DNA from: Octopus sinensis
Taxonomy: Eukaryota
Reading direction: 5' to 3'
Length of the DNA: 64,000 bases
Assembly (NCBI RefSeq): GCF_006345805.1
Contig: NC_043004.1
Coordinates: 55,056,001-55,120,000 of the forward strand
A model generated the notes under the pieces. It was not told the origin of the DNA, searched no databases, and saw nothing but the letters and a program-made list of their open reading frames with translations. Within the stretch, counting starts at the first letter, position 1. Each line of letters begins with the position of its first letter. Shown here piece by piece: positions 38,298 through 52,387 of this stretch. The position numbers and the translations under genes were made by a program.

Positions 38298-38681
38298 GTG
38301 GAGGCACAATGGCCCAGTGGTTAGGGCAGCGGACTCGCGGTCGTAGGATCACGGTTTCGATTCCCAGACCTGGCATTGTGAGTGTTTATTGAGCGAAAAC
38401 ACCTAAAGCTTCACGAGGCTCCGGCATGGATGGTGGTGATCCCTGCTGTACTCTTTCACCACAACTTTCTCTCACTCTTACTTCCTGTTTCTGTTGTACC
38501 TGTATTTCAAAGGGCCGGCTTTGTCACTCTCTGTGTCATGCTGAATATCCTCGAGAACTACGTTAAGGGTACACGTGTCTGTGGAGTGCTCAGCCACTTA
38601 CACGTTAATTTCACGAGCAGGCTGTTCCGTTGATCAGATCAACCGGAACCCTCGTCGTCGGAACCGACGGAGTGCTTCCAC
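38298..38681 (+). mobile_element. tRNA(Arg)-like-headed SINE with 12-bp TSD
   Basis: Head gtggaggcacaatggcccagtggttagggcagcggactcgcg..gtttcgattccc. TSD acatggctctct at 38286-38297 and 38682-38693. Confidence 0.85.
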
Positions 38682-39324
38682 ACATGGCTCTCTCTAGGTA
38701 ATCGTACTGGTCTGTGTGTAGAGGTTTCCCCTCTCTGTATCCATTTTTTGAGTGAGTGTGTGCCAGTCAGCTTACCGCATAAGTGTCTGTATGTACTTAT
38801 GTGATCCTCGTTATGCATATATGTTAGTATGGATGTATATGTTTATGAGTATATATATATATATGATTATGGGTATATATGTATATATTTAATTCTATGT
38901 ATACTTCTGAGTGGACTGCATGTACATATGTGTGTATGTATATGTGAGTATATGGGTATATTTATATCTATATGTTTGATCATGTGGACTACATGTTCAT
39001 ATGTGTGTGTGGGGGTATATGGATATATATCTATATGTGTGTATGTATGGGTGTGTGTGTATATGTGTGTTTGTACGTATGAATATGTGAGCTTCATATC
39101 ATGTTGTGTGGTGTTTATATAAGTAGACATATACAATATATGTGTGTGTTAGCATATAAGGTTAATACTGGGTATGTATAAATGGATGTATATGTTTACT
39201 TTCATGCCCTTCTTATCCCTCTCTTTACTGGGTCTTAATCTGGATGCTGTAGGGAGCGAGGAAATTGTACTTCAGTGACCTGAATACATTCTGTGGCAAG
39301 GTATATATGTGTATATATATATAT

Positions 39325-39558
39325 ATCATCATCATCATCATCGTTTAACGTCCGTTCTCCATGCTAGCATGGGTTGGACAGTTCGACCGGGGATCTGGGA
39401 AGCCAGAAGGCTGCACCAGGCTCCAGTCTTATCTGGCAACGTTTCTACAGCTGGATGCCCTTCCTAACGCCAACCACTCCGTGTACCCTTAACGTAGTTC
39501 TCGAGGATATTCAGCGTGACACAGAGAGTGACAAGGCCGGCCCTTTGAAATACAGGTA
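39325..39558 (-). mobile_element. Chimeric retrocopy: SINE internal segment fused to an RTE 3' tail
   Basis: 39325-39480 is an RTE tail. 39481-39558 is the reverse complement of 38497-38575 with 2 mismatches. Confidence 0.75.
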
Positions 39559-40982
39559 TATATATATATATACCTTCATGCCCTTCTTTGAGCTCTCATA
39601 ATCTTCTTTTCCAACATGGTTTATGTCTTTGAGTCTCCCTAGCCTTAATTCTGAAGTCACTAACTAGTAGCTTATGTTGGGGTGTAGACTCTTCATCTGC
39701 GAAAGACTTCGTATTTGTGAGCATCTGCTGGTTTCCTTGCATGGTGAGAAGGTAATCAAATGCCCAGGAGGCTCTCTTGAAGTAGTTGATAGTTTCTGCT
39801 ATTTAGGTGACCAAATTAGTAATGGTGGTGGATGCTCTGAAAGTATATATAAAACTCTAAGGAACAGCTTGAGATTTTTCAGCTTGAATAGAAAAAGGAC
39901 ATTACTCCACCTTTGGTATTTAAGTACTATTTTTTCATCCTTGTTTTGAATTTATGTGCTTACTTGTGTATGTGTGTGTGTGTATATATATATATATTTG
40001 TATAAATCATAACCCCTTAGCTGAAAAATATTTGAAAACTGGTCAAAGTTTGAAACAGAAAGGGCATCCCACCATAACATGGACATTAAAAGTCATATAT
40101 ATTCAATGCTGATGACTATATATTCTCCATGTTTTCAACAAATGTATCTAACAGTTGTCAAGGCAACTGTGTTACTAGTTATGCCCAGAGAGCCTATCTT
40201 TATTATCCTTGAATTCAAATCTCGCCTTTCATTCTTTTGGGGTTAATAAAATAAAGTACCAGGCAAATACTACGGCTGATATTTAAAGAGCCAATGTAGT
40301 GGGACTGAACCCGAAACAAACTTCTTCACTGCACAACCACATAAATTTCGTGTTTGTGATTAACAAAATGAACCTCCTGAGGTACTCTCTCTTTTACTCT
40401 TTTACTTGTTTCAGTCATTTGACTGCGGCCATGCTGGAGCACCACCTTTAGTCGAGCAAATCGACCCCAGGACTTATTCTTTGTAAGCCCAGTACTTATT
40501 CTATCGGTCTCTTTTGCCGAACCGCTAAGTGACGGGGATGTAAACACGCCAGCATCGGTTGTCAAGCAATGCTAGGGGGACAAACACAGACACACAAATA
40601 TATACACACATACATATATATATACATATATACGACAGGCTTCTTTCAGTTTCCGTCTACCAAATCCACTCACAAGGCATTGGTCGGCCCGGGGCTATAG
40701 CAGAAGACACTTGCCTAAGATGCCACGCAGTGGGACTGAACCCGGAACCATGTGGTTGGTTAGTCTGTACATGAAGTGTGTTTGAGGAAATAGTCTGTAG
40801 TAACCTTTCCACCTTCTTTCTGTCTTGCATTGATGTTAAATAGTAAGAGCAGATAACTCAACACAAGTTTCGTCGTGTCAGTTTTTTTACGACATCTGCT
40901 AAAAATGAGTTCGTCGGATGTACAGAATGGATGATGGGGAAGTGCGTGCTGATTGTGTTGTGAATGATAAGTCTAGATCACA

Positions 40983-41160
40983 ATGTATCTCACATGGCAC
41001 TTGATACGTCTGTTATATTCGGTGCTGGCCACCTTCTTAGGACTTTTGCCTGTTTGGTTGTTATTATGCATTTTGTATCGTGTGACCAGAGGCTTTTCCA
41101 AAACGAACGGCCGCAACAAGCGCTGCACCCCTGTTTCGACTCTGGCTGTCGTGGGTTCAG
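40983..41160 (+). CDS. ALG14: ALG14 (UDP-N-acetylglucosamine transferase subunit) coding exon 1
   Basis: ATG at 40983 gives MYLTWHLIRLLYSVLATFLGLLPVWLLLCILYRVTRGFSKTNGRNKRCTPVSTLAVVGS-G: an N-terminal hydrophobic anchor followed by the ALG14 'LVV.GSG' motif. Donor CAG|gtcagt at 41160/41161, phase 1. Confidence 0.92.
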
Positions 41161-43654
41161 GTCAGTCCATCTGTTTTGAACTTCCCTGACGTGTTTTATG
41201 AATTTATGTAACTGTTGTTGTGTTTTTTAAAATTAGATGTATGTATGTATGTATGTATGTGTGTGTGTGTGTGTGTGTGAATGTATATACGTGTGTATTT
41301 CTACAGCAGAGCAACGTACTTAGTTATATATAAAAAAAACCCTCACAATGTAAGTCCTTGCAACACTTTACAAATGTTTGGTATCACAATCTCTCGTGAA
41401 CTCAGTTGTCACCGCACGATGGAGCATTTAGTGTTTGCATGATCTACTAATCATAAAAGTCTATGTTTTTCAAAACAACACACTGCTGTTTTTAAAGAAG
41501 AAAGTACACATTAAATAATGAAGTCCCAGACATAGAAAAGACAGGATGATCACAACTGGAACACCTTTGATCTTAGGTTTGCCCTGTCAAGACTGATCCG
41601 AAGCAACAGCATCATTGCTAACATTACATCGCAGAGACTACAATTTTTATCGGGGCCAGAAATAGTTACTCACCTTCTACAAAGTTGATTTAAAATTCGC
41701 GTTGGAGTAATGCTTTCACATATAGGACAGTGCTACTGCTACAAACATAAACATTCCCGATAAAAGTGGCGAACCAGTCTGTTTCTTATACTGCTACTTC
41801 ACGAATTCCTTCTAATTAATTTGCTCTTTATCACTTGGGGACCCTATTCCGATCCGCCCGTCTGTTTTCCCAAACCACGTATATATCATTTGTTTTCCTG
41901 TTTTAATTTTATCCCCTAGACTGCAGCTTCCACACATCTGTCTGCCCTTTTTCATCCAGTTGATAATAACCTGCACCAGTTTAAGGTGAACATACGGAGG
42001 GCCCTACGAAAGCTGCGCTTTTCGTCTTTTCCCGGAAGGAATAATTTCAGACACACATGCGCGCACGCACCTGCCGCCCTCGGATATTCTGTACGAATGA
42101 CGCAGCGGCAAAAGCTACTGAGTCTGTCAACAAATCCACCCATCAGCAACAAATTGTTGGGTTGTGGAGCCCGTGTATCAGTTTTAGACGGTTCATCCCT
42201 GACCACCACGTATATTATTAAGATATAAATGTATCTAGGGATTTTCTATAAGTTGCAAATTAATTGGGCTCATAGAATTGTTGGTTGTTTGCTGGTGACT
42301 AGAGTACTCTTTCAATCTGGAGCCTACATTTGTTAATATCTTACGTTTTTCCATAATTTAGACATTAATAATTCAGAATAATTAAATGTATATGTACCGG
42401 ATTTACCGGTATATTTTACTCGCATTAAAAATTTTTGTAAGTTTCCAGAATTTGCCCTACGTTTAAAGCGGTCGTATTACGGATGGGAAACTGAGCCCTA
42501 TAGACTAGGGAGCCGGATGAGCAAGTCCTCTATTTGCAATTATTGTTGCTAATAATAGAATATTGGAAACTATCCAAATTACAACATTATTTGCACAAAC
42601 TTATGAAAAATTGCGTGCAATACGTCTGAAGTTATGAGAGGTCACACCATCCCATTATACTTCCTTCTCCAACATATATAACCCACACCTGATGTGTCTT
42701 GCTTTACTCAGTGACTGTTACTTTTAAGAAGCCCCCCCCCCTTTTTTTTTATTTAAATGAGAAATTCTCTTAGGAAGATGAAGGAATATAAAATTTTTAT
42801 AATCAGCAGCGAGTGGATAACAACAAAACCGTAGCGGTGGTGTACCAACTTGGTTGGTGGCCGATCGCGGTTACACAAAACATTACAGCCAGAAATACAA
42901 GTTTGACATCTTGTATGGCAAGTCTCTTGACCAAAATATAAATAACTATACAGTTGATCTGAAAGCAGTTAAAATTGAAATATGGTACTCTCATAATGTA
43001 GTTTATTTATACTTCATTGTATATATTTCACACTATATTGTTCCAGTATACTGTCACAACATTGTGTATACGTGCTCTGAACCATATATCCCCGATAGCT
43101 TTCAATGAATGCATGATAAAACAGGGAATTTGATTTTTATCCGCAAAATATACTTGTAAAATAGGGCACGTTTTATGCGTTGGTATGTACAATATGTTGT
43201 GTCTGGCGATCTTTCGTTTGTAGTAGCACGTTTCCGTCGATGATTTCGGTAAAAAACTTTTATTTTTTTACATATGGGCTTGCGGGAACATTTGAAGTAA
43301 TGAGAGCGAAAGAGACTAAGAGGAAGCGATTTTATGACGAGGGAATTTCTTTTTGAAGTTACCGAAGCATTGATGTACATGTGTGTGTGTGTTTGATGGG
43401 GTGTGGGAGACAGACAGTATGTTGTGTAAGTGAAGTGCTTCTGTTAGTGTGTGTGAAGAGACAGAGAGAGTAATGTGTGAAAGAGAGAGATAATTGAAAT
43501 TTTTTACTCGGTGTATGTGTATATGTATGTATGTGTGTGTGTGTATGTATCTATGTATGTGTGTGTGTATGTATCTATGTATGTGTGTGTGTATGTATCT
43601 ATGTATGTGTGTGTGTATGTATGTATGGCCGATTCAGTGTAATTTTTTACTCGG

Positions 43655-44052
43655 TGTTTCGGTTTGAACGGCAGTGTCATATGAAATTGTCACCCATAAT
43701 TATGACCCTTGTATCGATCTATTGCATTTCAATCTGTTTTAGGGTTAGGGGTGGGGGGAAGGATATATATTTTTCTTCACAAATGTAAATAAACCCAATC
43801 TGTTTCTTAAACGAGGGACATATTCATACGGCATAGAATGTTTTTTTTTTTACCTCAATGGACGTCAGTGATTGGTTGAAATTGCAGAAATTGAAAAAAA
43901 AACAACAAATATCTTACAAACTATACAATTTTCTCAATAAAGCCAAGAGAAAAAGTTGGTTTATAACCACATTCTACCAGTATACGAAGTTTAAAATTTT
44001 TTAGTTACCTAGAAATTATGTTAAAAACTGCCGTTCAAACCGAAAAAGATCC
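43655..44052. mobile_element. MITE with terminal inverted repeats
   Basis: cggtttgaacggcagt (~43660) and actgccgttcaaaccg (~44027-44042). Confidence 0.7.
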
Positions 44053-45340
44053 TTGTTAAGTTCGCTTAATTTTCGATACAGCAATCATTTTAGTGACCAG
44101 GTTGCAGATCGTTCGACGAAAATTTTGGCACAAAATAAATAATAAGTGTTTAAGTGAAGTTAACAGTCTCTGTGTTTTTGAATGGCTAATAATGTATCTT
44201 CCATGCTGAAATTGTTTTAGTTTTAATGCACGGACTCAAATCAAGTACTTTGCCTGGCAAGTACACTTCTGATACACTAAATAAAAGTAAAGACAAATGA
44301 CTATAAGTAGGAATCTGGTATACAGTTAAGTGTTCATTAAGACTATTTTGTACTCCCTCTTAGTAACTAACTCTTTCGTCTTTGCCTTGTTGAATTTTAG
44401 GTTTCTGTATTCTTGATCATGCTAAGGCTTTGAAGCTTTTAAGCTATGAGAACCAGGACATTGACTTATAAAAGTTGCCAAAGTTGATCTGGCCCAAATA
44501 TCCTACCTGTTTCATATTGAAACTGGCCATATCCAGCCTCTCACACCTACCCTACAATGTCATTCTAAAAATGAACAGTTATATTATCAAAATATCAAAG
44601 CTATGAGATAAGACATGATTAATAAATAAACGTGGTAAGTAGCTTGCTTACCAACCACATGGTTTCGGGTTCAGTCCCACTGCGTGGCACCTCAGGCCGA
44701 CCAAAACCTTGAGTGGATTTGGTAGACGGAAACTGAAAGAAGCCCGTTGTATATATGTATATATATGCGTGTGTGTGTTTGTCCCCCTAGCATTACTTGA
44801 CAACCGATGCTGGTGTGTTTATGTCCCCGTTACTTAGCGGTTTGGCAAAAGAGACCGATAGAATAAGTACTGGGCTTACAAAAGAATAAGTCCTGGGGTC
44901 GAGTTGCTCGATTAAAGGTGGTGCTCCAGCATGGCCGCAGTCAAATGACTGAAACAAGTAAAAGAGATGTGAAAGAGTAACCTGAATACTAAAGGGTTAA
45001 CTGAACCTGTTTCATTCACAGCTACTCTACTCTAACATACCTTCACTGCCACAGTGTACTCCATAACATACTCTCACTACTATATTGCCTACACAACACA
45101 CGCTACCATACGGCCACACTACACCCCTCATAAGGCCTCACTGTGGCACTGTCCTCCCCACAACATCTTCGTTATTGTACAACACACCACCTATGTCCGC
45201 ACTATTTAACCATGCAGACTGGGAAGCTTCAGAGAGTTTGCTCAACTTATTTGAAATAGTAGACAAACCTCCCTTCTATAATACTTTATCATCTTAAAAA
45301 ATAAAAGAAAATGGCACATTCAACAAGTTCATCTAATATA

Positions 45341-45867
45341 TTGGGTTGTCCGGAAGGTTCATGCCGATTTATAGTAGCTTACCTTTTGACTTATTTTAGG
45401 ACATGGTTGAGTCCATAAAATAGGATTTGACTACACCTCCATTTAGAACACAGTTTAAGATATCTTTTCATGGAAGAAGGTTTTATGTTCCTATAACCCG
45501 AGTTAATTCTGTAACCCTTTAAAATGGAAAGTTCATTTTCGGCACTTAATGAACCAGACAAAAATTGCTGCAGCTCGGCTGGGATGTGTTACCCCACCTT
45601 CCCATATTCACTAGATATTGCTCTTTCAGATTTCCATTTATTCAGGTCTCTGCAATTCCTTGGATGACGTAAAAAGATAACTTGTTGAATTCTTTGCTAT
45701 GAAACCACTTCAATTCTGGGAAGAGGGTATTTTCAAGTTAAAGGAAAGATGGAGATGCATTGTGCAACAAAATGGTTTATATTTGGTTGATTAAAAATGT
45801 AATGGCAAGAATTTATTGACCTTTTTCTTTCCTTTAAAAATCGGCACAAACTTTCTGGACAACCCAA
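45341..45867 (+). mobile_element. Internally deleted mariner element
   Basis: TA|ttgggttgtccggaaggttcatgccgattt ... aaatcggcacaaactttctggacaacccaa|TA TIRs. Remnant GWDVLPH.PYS.DIA.SDFHLFRSL (YSPDL motif). Confidence 0.9.
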
Positions 45868-46731
45868 TACAAAACTGCAAGCTGGCCATGATGTAAACAT
45901 AGGTCTTTTTGATTAGGGCTGTCCTAATTGTTACATCGCATACGACCTCATTTCAACACCATACCACACCTCATATGTCTTAACAGCTATGCTACACTAA
46001 ATATCATCACTGTCACACCACATTGCACATATTCCTTGGGCAAGTGTCTTCTAACCATGCTACACCACACATATCCTCAATCTAAGAAATATATATTCTC
46101 AGTGTGTAGGAATTCGATATAATAGTAAAAATGGGTTACTCTGGAAGACTGATGGAAAAGCAGGATTTGTATGATAGATACTCAGAGTAGTTAGTTGCTA
46201 AGAGTACTCATGACACAAATCCGTGAACTGTTCAGATGCTTATTAGCTGTAGCTGATAGCTTCTGTTACCAAGGTGGTATAATTGTGGGTGTGAATGATC
46301 TGATTGTAGGGGCAGGTGTGGCTATGTAGTTAAGAAGCTTGCTTCACAACTGTGTGGTTGTGGGTTCAGTCACAGTGCATGGTGCCTTGGGCTAGTGTCT
46401 TCTGTGGCCTCTGGTTGACCAAAACCTTCTGAGAGTATTTGGCAGTTAGAAACTGAAAGAAGCTTCTCTTATATATATATATATATATGATTAATTTACG
46501 AGATAAGGGCAAAAGAAAAATTTTTTAGAAATTTCTATCGGTTTGTTTCGAGACGCATAAATTATAATGGTTATTGAAAAGTTTGTCTTTTTTTTAGCAT
46601 ATTTGGCATTAGAATTTTTCTTTTGCTCTTATCTTGTAAATTAATTATAAATTTAACCTTTAAAGGTATTTTTTGATATGCTGGCCATTGATAAAATTTT
46701 TTTCCCGAAAAAATTTTTATCCTATATTAGT

Positions 46732-46815
<84 letters not shown>

Positions 46816-46884
46816 ATAATATATTATTATAATATATTATATATATATATATATATATACACATATATATATATATATATATAT

Positions 46885-48543
46885 GTAGGTCCCGGGTTGA
46901 TTCGGGGTTAACCACAGTAAATAAGGTACTCAATACATAGCAGAGTAAAATTAATTTATTATATAGAAGGAGCTTCTACAGGACTAGAACTGTTTCATTC
47001 AAGAGAAATCTTCAGGAAGCTAGTTAACAAGAATTGTATTGGCATTTATACATTAGGCAGGTTTAACGGGGTGTTGGTGGGGGACTTTTTGGGGGTAGGC
47101 ATAGCGCAAAAAATCATACTTGGGGGAGTGGTCAAGGAGTCAGTGTTAAATTAGATAGGAGAATAAATAAAAAAAAAAAATAAAAATAAAAATAAAAAAT
47201 AGAAAATAAAAAAATATAAAAAAATAAAAATAAAAATAAAAATAAAAAAATAAATAAAAAAATTAAAAAAAAAAAAAATATATATATATATATATAAAGG
47301 GGGGAATAGAGTTTTAGGTAAATAAGGAGATTCTCACTTATACCTCTACACATACACACATATATACACTCACACATACATATACATATCTACACATACA
47401 CATATATATGTATACATACACACACTCACTTGCATACACGTATACACACATGTATATATACACACCGACCACACATACATATACACACAGGAAAATATAT
47501 ATATAACATACACACACATATACTCACATACACGCATACACACACAATCCATACACACACATGCACACACGCACACTAGTCCCTATATACACATATATAC
47601 ACATACACACATATATATACACCCACACATACACATACATACACATATATATACTACATACACATACATACATATACACATATACATACATACACACATA
47701 TATATATATATATACACATATATATACATATGTGTACCCATGCATACCTACACATACACACATATATATATATACATATACAAATACAGACCCATTCCCT
47801 AATTTTAATTTTATTATCTTCGTTTATTACTTTTGTTATCTTTGGCCGCTTGGTCACAAACATCTTGGCTATGACAGCCAGACCATTTATCCAGCTACTG
47901 GAAGACAATTACTCATTCACTCACGCACACTCTTTAGCACGTACACTCACTCATTCGTACACTCATACGCATACGCGCACGCACGCGTTATATTCATACA
48001 TACATACATCTACATACATTCACGTATATACACATACGTACGCGTACCTACAGATTCATGTCTACACTCTTAGAAGGCTAGTCTATACATATACACCAAT
48101 AATATAAATACACCAACATACATGTACACCTACATACAAATACATACATGTACATATAATATATATATATATATATAATATATATACGCGTACCTACAGA
48201 TTCATGTCTACTACACTCTTAGAAGGCTAGTCTATACATATACACCCCTAAATATAAATACACACACATACATACATGTACACCTACATACAAATACATA
48301 CATGTACACATATACATACATATATATAATATATATATATATATATCATATATATACATATATATATTCATACTAACATGCATACTCAAAAAATAAGTAA
48401 ATAGTAAATATATATACGGGCAGTTATTCATACATGCATACTCAAAAAATAAATATTAAGTATATGTACGTGCAGTTACCTATTATATAGACGGATACAT
48501 ACATATAATAAACTTACACACATAGATATATATATATACATAC

Positions 48544-48577
<34 letters not shown>

Positions 48578-48976
48578 ATATAATATATATATATATATAC
48601 ATACATACATACATACAACACACATATATATAAACATATACAATACACACCACACCTACATATACACATACACACATACATACATTATATATATATATAT
48701 ATATATATTATACACACACACCACTCATACACATACATATACATACACATACATACTATATATACATACTTACACATGTACATATAAATACACACATAGA
48801 TAACTCTACGTACCTACACATACATAACACACACGCGTACGCGCATATGTACATATACATATACCCATGCACACGCATATATATACATACATACAACCAT
48901 ACACACATGCATACACACACACTCACATACACATATATATACATACACATATATACACCATATATATATATATGTA

Positions 48977-49027
<51 letters not shown>

Positions 49028-49777
49028 TATACATACACACACACATACACACACATATATATACATGTGTGCAAACATAATACATTCTCATACAAGCACA
49101 CACACTTACATTTACATATATACACACACTTACATACACATATATATACATACACACATACATATACACATACATATGCTACACCAAAATACATATATAC
49201 ATACATACATCTATACATAATACACACACACACAACCACGCACATACATATATATATATATACACACACACACATTATATATATATATATTATATATATA
49301 TACACATATATATTTTTTTACATACATACACGCACACACACACATAATACATGCGTATAATCCTACTATACCCATACATTTCTATATATATATACGATAC
49401 ACATCTACAAGCGTGCACATACAATATGTGAAAGGTCTTAGGAGAAGGGTAATCGGGGGTGCTAGGGGAACGGTGGGATTGGGGGGGTTTTGGGTGGGGT
49501 GTCATCAATCTGGTTGCCGGGTAGGTCTATAGTTCTTGTAGTTCGCATACTTCTTATGCATACAATTTGGGGAGTGTTCTGAGATTTTGTTAAGGAGAGG
49601 GCCTTTGGCGAACAAGATCTCTAGGCTCTCCGATATGCAGAGTCACAGCAGTATGCCTCCTGTGTACGAGCGCGCGCCTTCTGTAGTAGTTTCCACTTGG
49701 TCTTGAAGGGGATGGAATTCCTTTTAAGGTACCAGATGTGGGCAGCGAGGGTAGTTTGGTTGGATTTATCCTGTCGC
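46885..49777 (-). mobile_element. 5'-truncated Penelope-like element (left arm of palindrome)
   Basis: Reverse complement of 49801-52705. GIY-YIG C-terminal remnant at ~49504-49777 and hammerhead at 46971-47021. Confidence 0.8.
46971..47021 (-). ncRNA. Type-I hammerhead ribozyme motif (identical antisense copy)
   Basis: Exact reverse complement of 52638-52688. Confidence 0.75.
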
Positions 49778-49800
49778 CGAACGAGTGTGTGTGTGTGCGC

Positions 49801-50269
49801 GCGACAGGATAAATCCAACCAAACTACCCTCGCCGCCCACATCTGGTACCTTAAAAGGAATTCCATCCCCTTCAAGACCAAGTGGAAACTACTACAGAAG
49901 GCGCGCTCGTACACAGGAGGCCATACCTGCTGTGACCTCTGCATATCGGAGAGCCTAGAGATCTTGTTCGCCAAAGGCCCTCTCCTTAACAAAATCTCAG
50001 AACACTCCCCAAATTGTATGCATAAGAAGTATGCGAACTACAAGAACTATAGACCTACCCGGCAACCAGATTGATGACACCCCACCCACAAAACCCCCCC
50101 AATCCCACCGTTCCCCTAGCACCCCCGATTACCTTTTCTCCTAAGACCTTTCACATATTGTATGTGCACGCTTGTAGATGTGTATCGTATATATGTATAG
50201 AAATGTATGGGTATAGTAGGATTATACGCATGTATTATGTGTGTGTGTGCGTGTATGTATGTAAAAAAA

Positions 50270-50315
<46 letters not shown>

Positions 50316-51303
50316 GTGTGTGTGTGTATATATATATATATGTATGTGCGTGTGTGTGTGTATATATATATATGTATGTGCGTGTGTGTGTGTATATATA
50401 TATATATGTATGTGCGTGTGTGTGTGTGTATATATGTATAGATGTATGTATGTATATATGTATATTTGTGTGTATGCATATGTATGTGTATATGTATGTG
50501 TGTATGTATATATATGTGTGTAAGTGTGTGTATATATGTAAATGTAAGTGTGTGTGCTTGTATGAGAATGTATGTATGTTTGCACACATGTATATATATG
50601 TGTGTGTATGTGTGTGTGTATGTATATGTGTGTGTATATATATATATTATATATATATATATATATATGTATACATATATATATATATATGTGTGTATAT
50701 ATGTGTATGTATATATATGTGTATGTGAGTGTGTGTGTATGCATGTGTGTATGTGTATGTATGTATGTATATATATGCGTGTGCATGGGTATATGTATAT
50801 GTACATATGCGCGTACGCTCGTGTGTTTATGTATGTGTAGGTACGTAGAGTTATCTATGTGTGTATTTATATGTACATGTGTAAGTATGTATATATATGT
50901 ATGTATGTGTATGTATATGTATGTGTATGAGTGTGTGTGTGTATTATATATTATAATATATATATATATATAATGTATGTATGTGTGTAGTGTATATGTA
51001 GGTGTATGTGTGTATGTATATGTTTATATATATGGGTGTGTATGTATGTATGTATGATATATATAATATATATATATATTATATATATATATATATATAT
51101 AATATATATGTATGTATTTATATATATCTATGTGTGTAAGTTTATTATATGTATGTATCCGTCTATATAATAGGTAACTGCACGTACATATACTTAATAT
51201 TTAATTTTTTGAGTATGCATGTATGAATAACTGCGCGTATATTATTACTATTTACTTATTTTTTGAGTATGCATGTAGTATGAATATATATATGTATATA
51301 TAT

Positions 51304-51345
<42 letters not shown>

Positions 51346-52350
51346 ATGTGTATACATGTATGTATTTGTATGTAGGTGTACATGTATGTATTTGTGTGTA
51401 TTTATATTTATGGGTGTATATGTATAGACTAGGCCTCTAAGAGTGTAGACATGAATCTGTAGGTACGCGTATATAATATATATATATCTATATATGTACT
51501 GTATGTATTTGTATGAGGTGTACATGTATGTGTGTGTATTTTATTTATTGGTGTATATGTATAGACTAAGCTTCTAAGAGTGTAGACATGAATCTGTAGG
51601 TACGCGTACGTATGTGTATATACGTGAATGTATGTAGATGTATGTATGTATGAATATAACGCGTGCGTGCGCGTATGCGTATGAGTGTACGAATGAGTGA
51701 GTGTACGTGCTAAAGAGTGTGCGTGAGTGAATGAGTAATTGTCTTCCAGTAGCTGGATAAATGGTCTGGCTGTCATAGCCAAGATGTTTGTGACCAAGCG
51801 GCCAAAGATAACAAAAGTAATAAACGAAGATAATAAAATTAAAATTAGGGAATGGGTCTGTATTTGTATATGTATATATATATATGTGTGTATGTGTAGG
51901 TATGCATGGGTACACATATGTATATATATGTGTATATATATATATATGTGTGTATGTATGTATATGTGTATATGTATGTGTATGTATGTATATATATGTG
52001 TATGTATGTGTATGTGTGGGTGTATATATATGTGTGTATGTGTATATATGTGTATATAGGGACTAGTGTGCTGTGTGTGCATGTGTGTGTATGGATTTGT
52101 GTGTGTAATGCGTGTATGTGAGTATATGTGTGTATGTGTATATATATATTTTCCTGTGTGTATATGTATTGTGGGTCGTGTGTGTATATATACATGTGTG
52201 TATACGTGTATGCAAGTGAGTGTGTGTATGTATACATATATATGTGTATGTGTAGATATGTATATGTATGTGTGAGTGTATATATGTGTGTATGTGTAGA
52301 GGTATAAGTGAGAATCTCCTTATTTACCTAAAACTCTATTCCCCCCTTTA

Positions 52351-52387
<37 letters not shown>

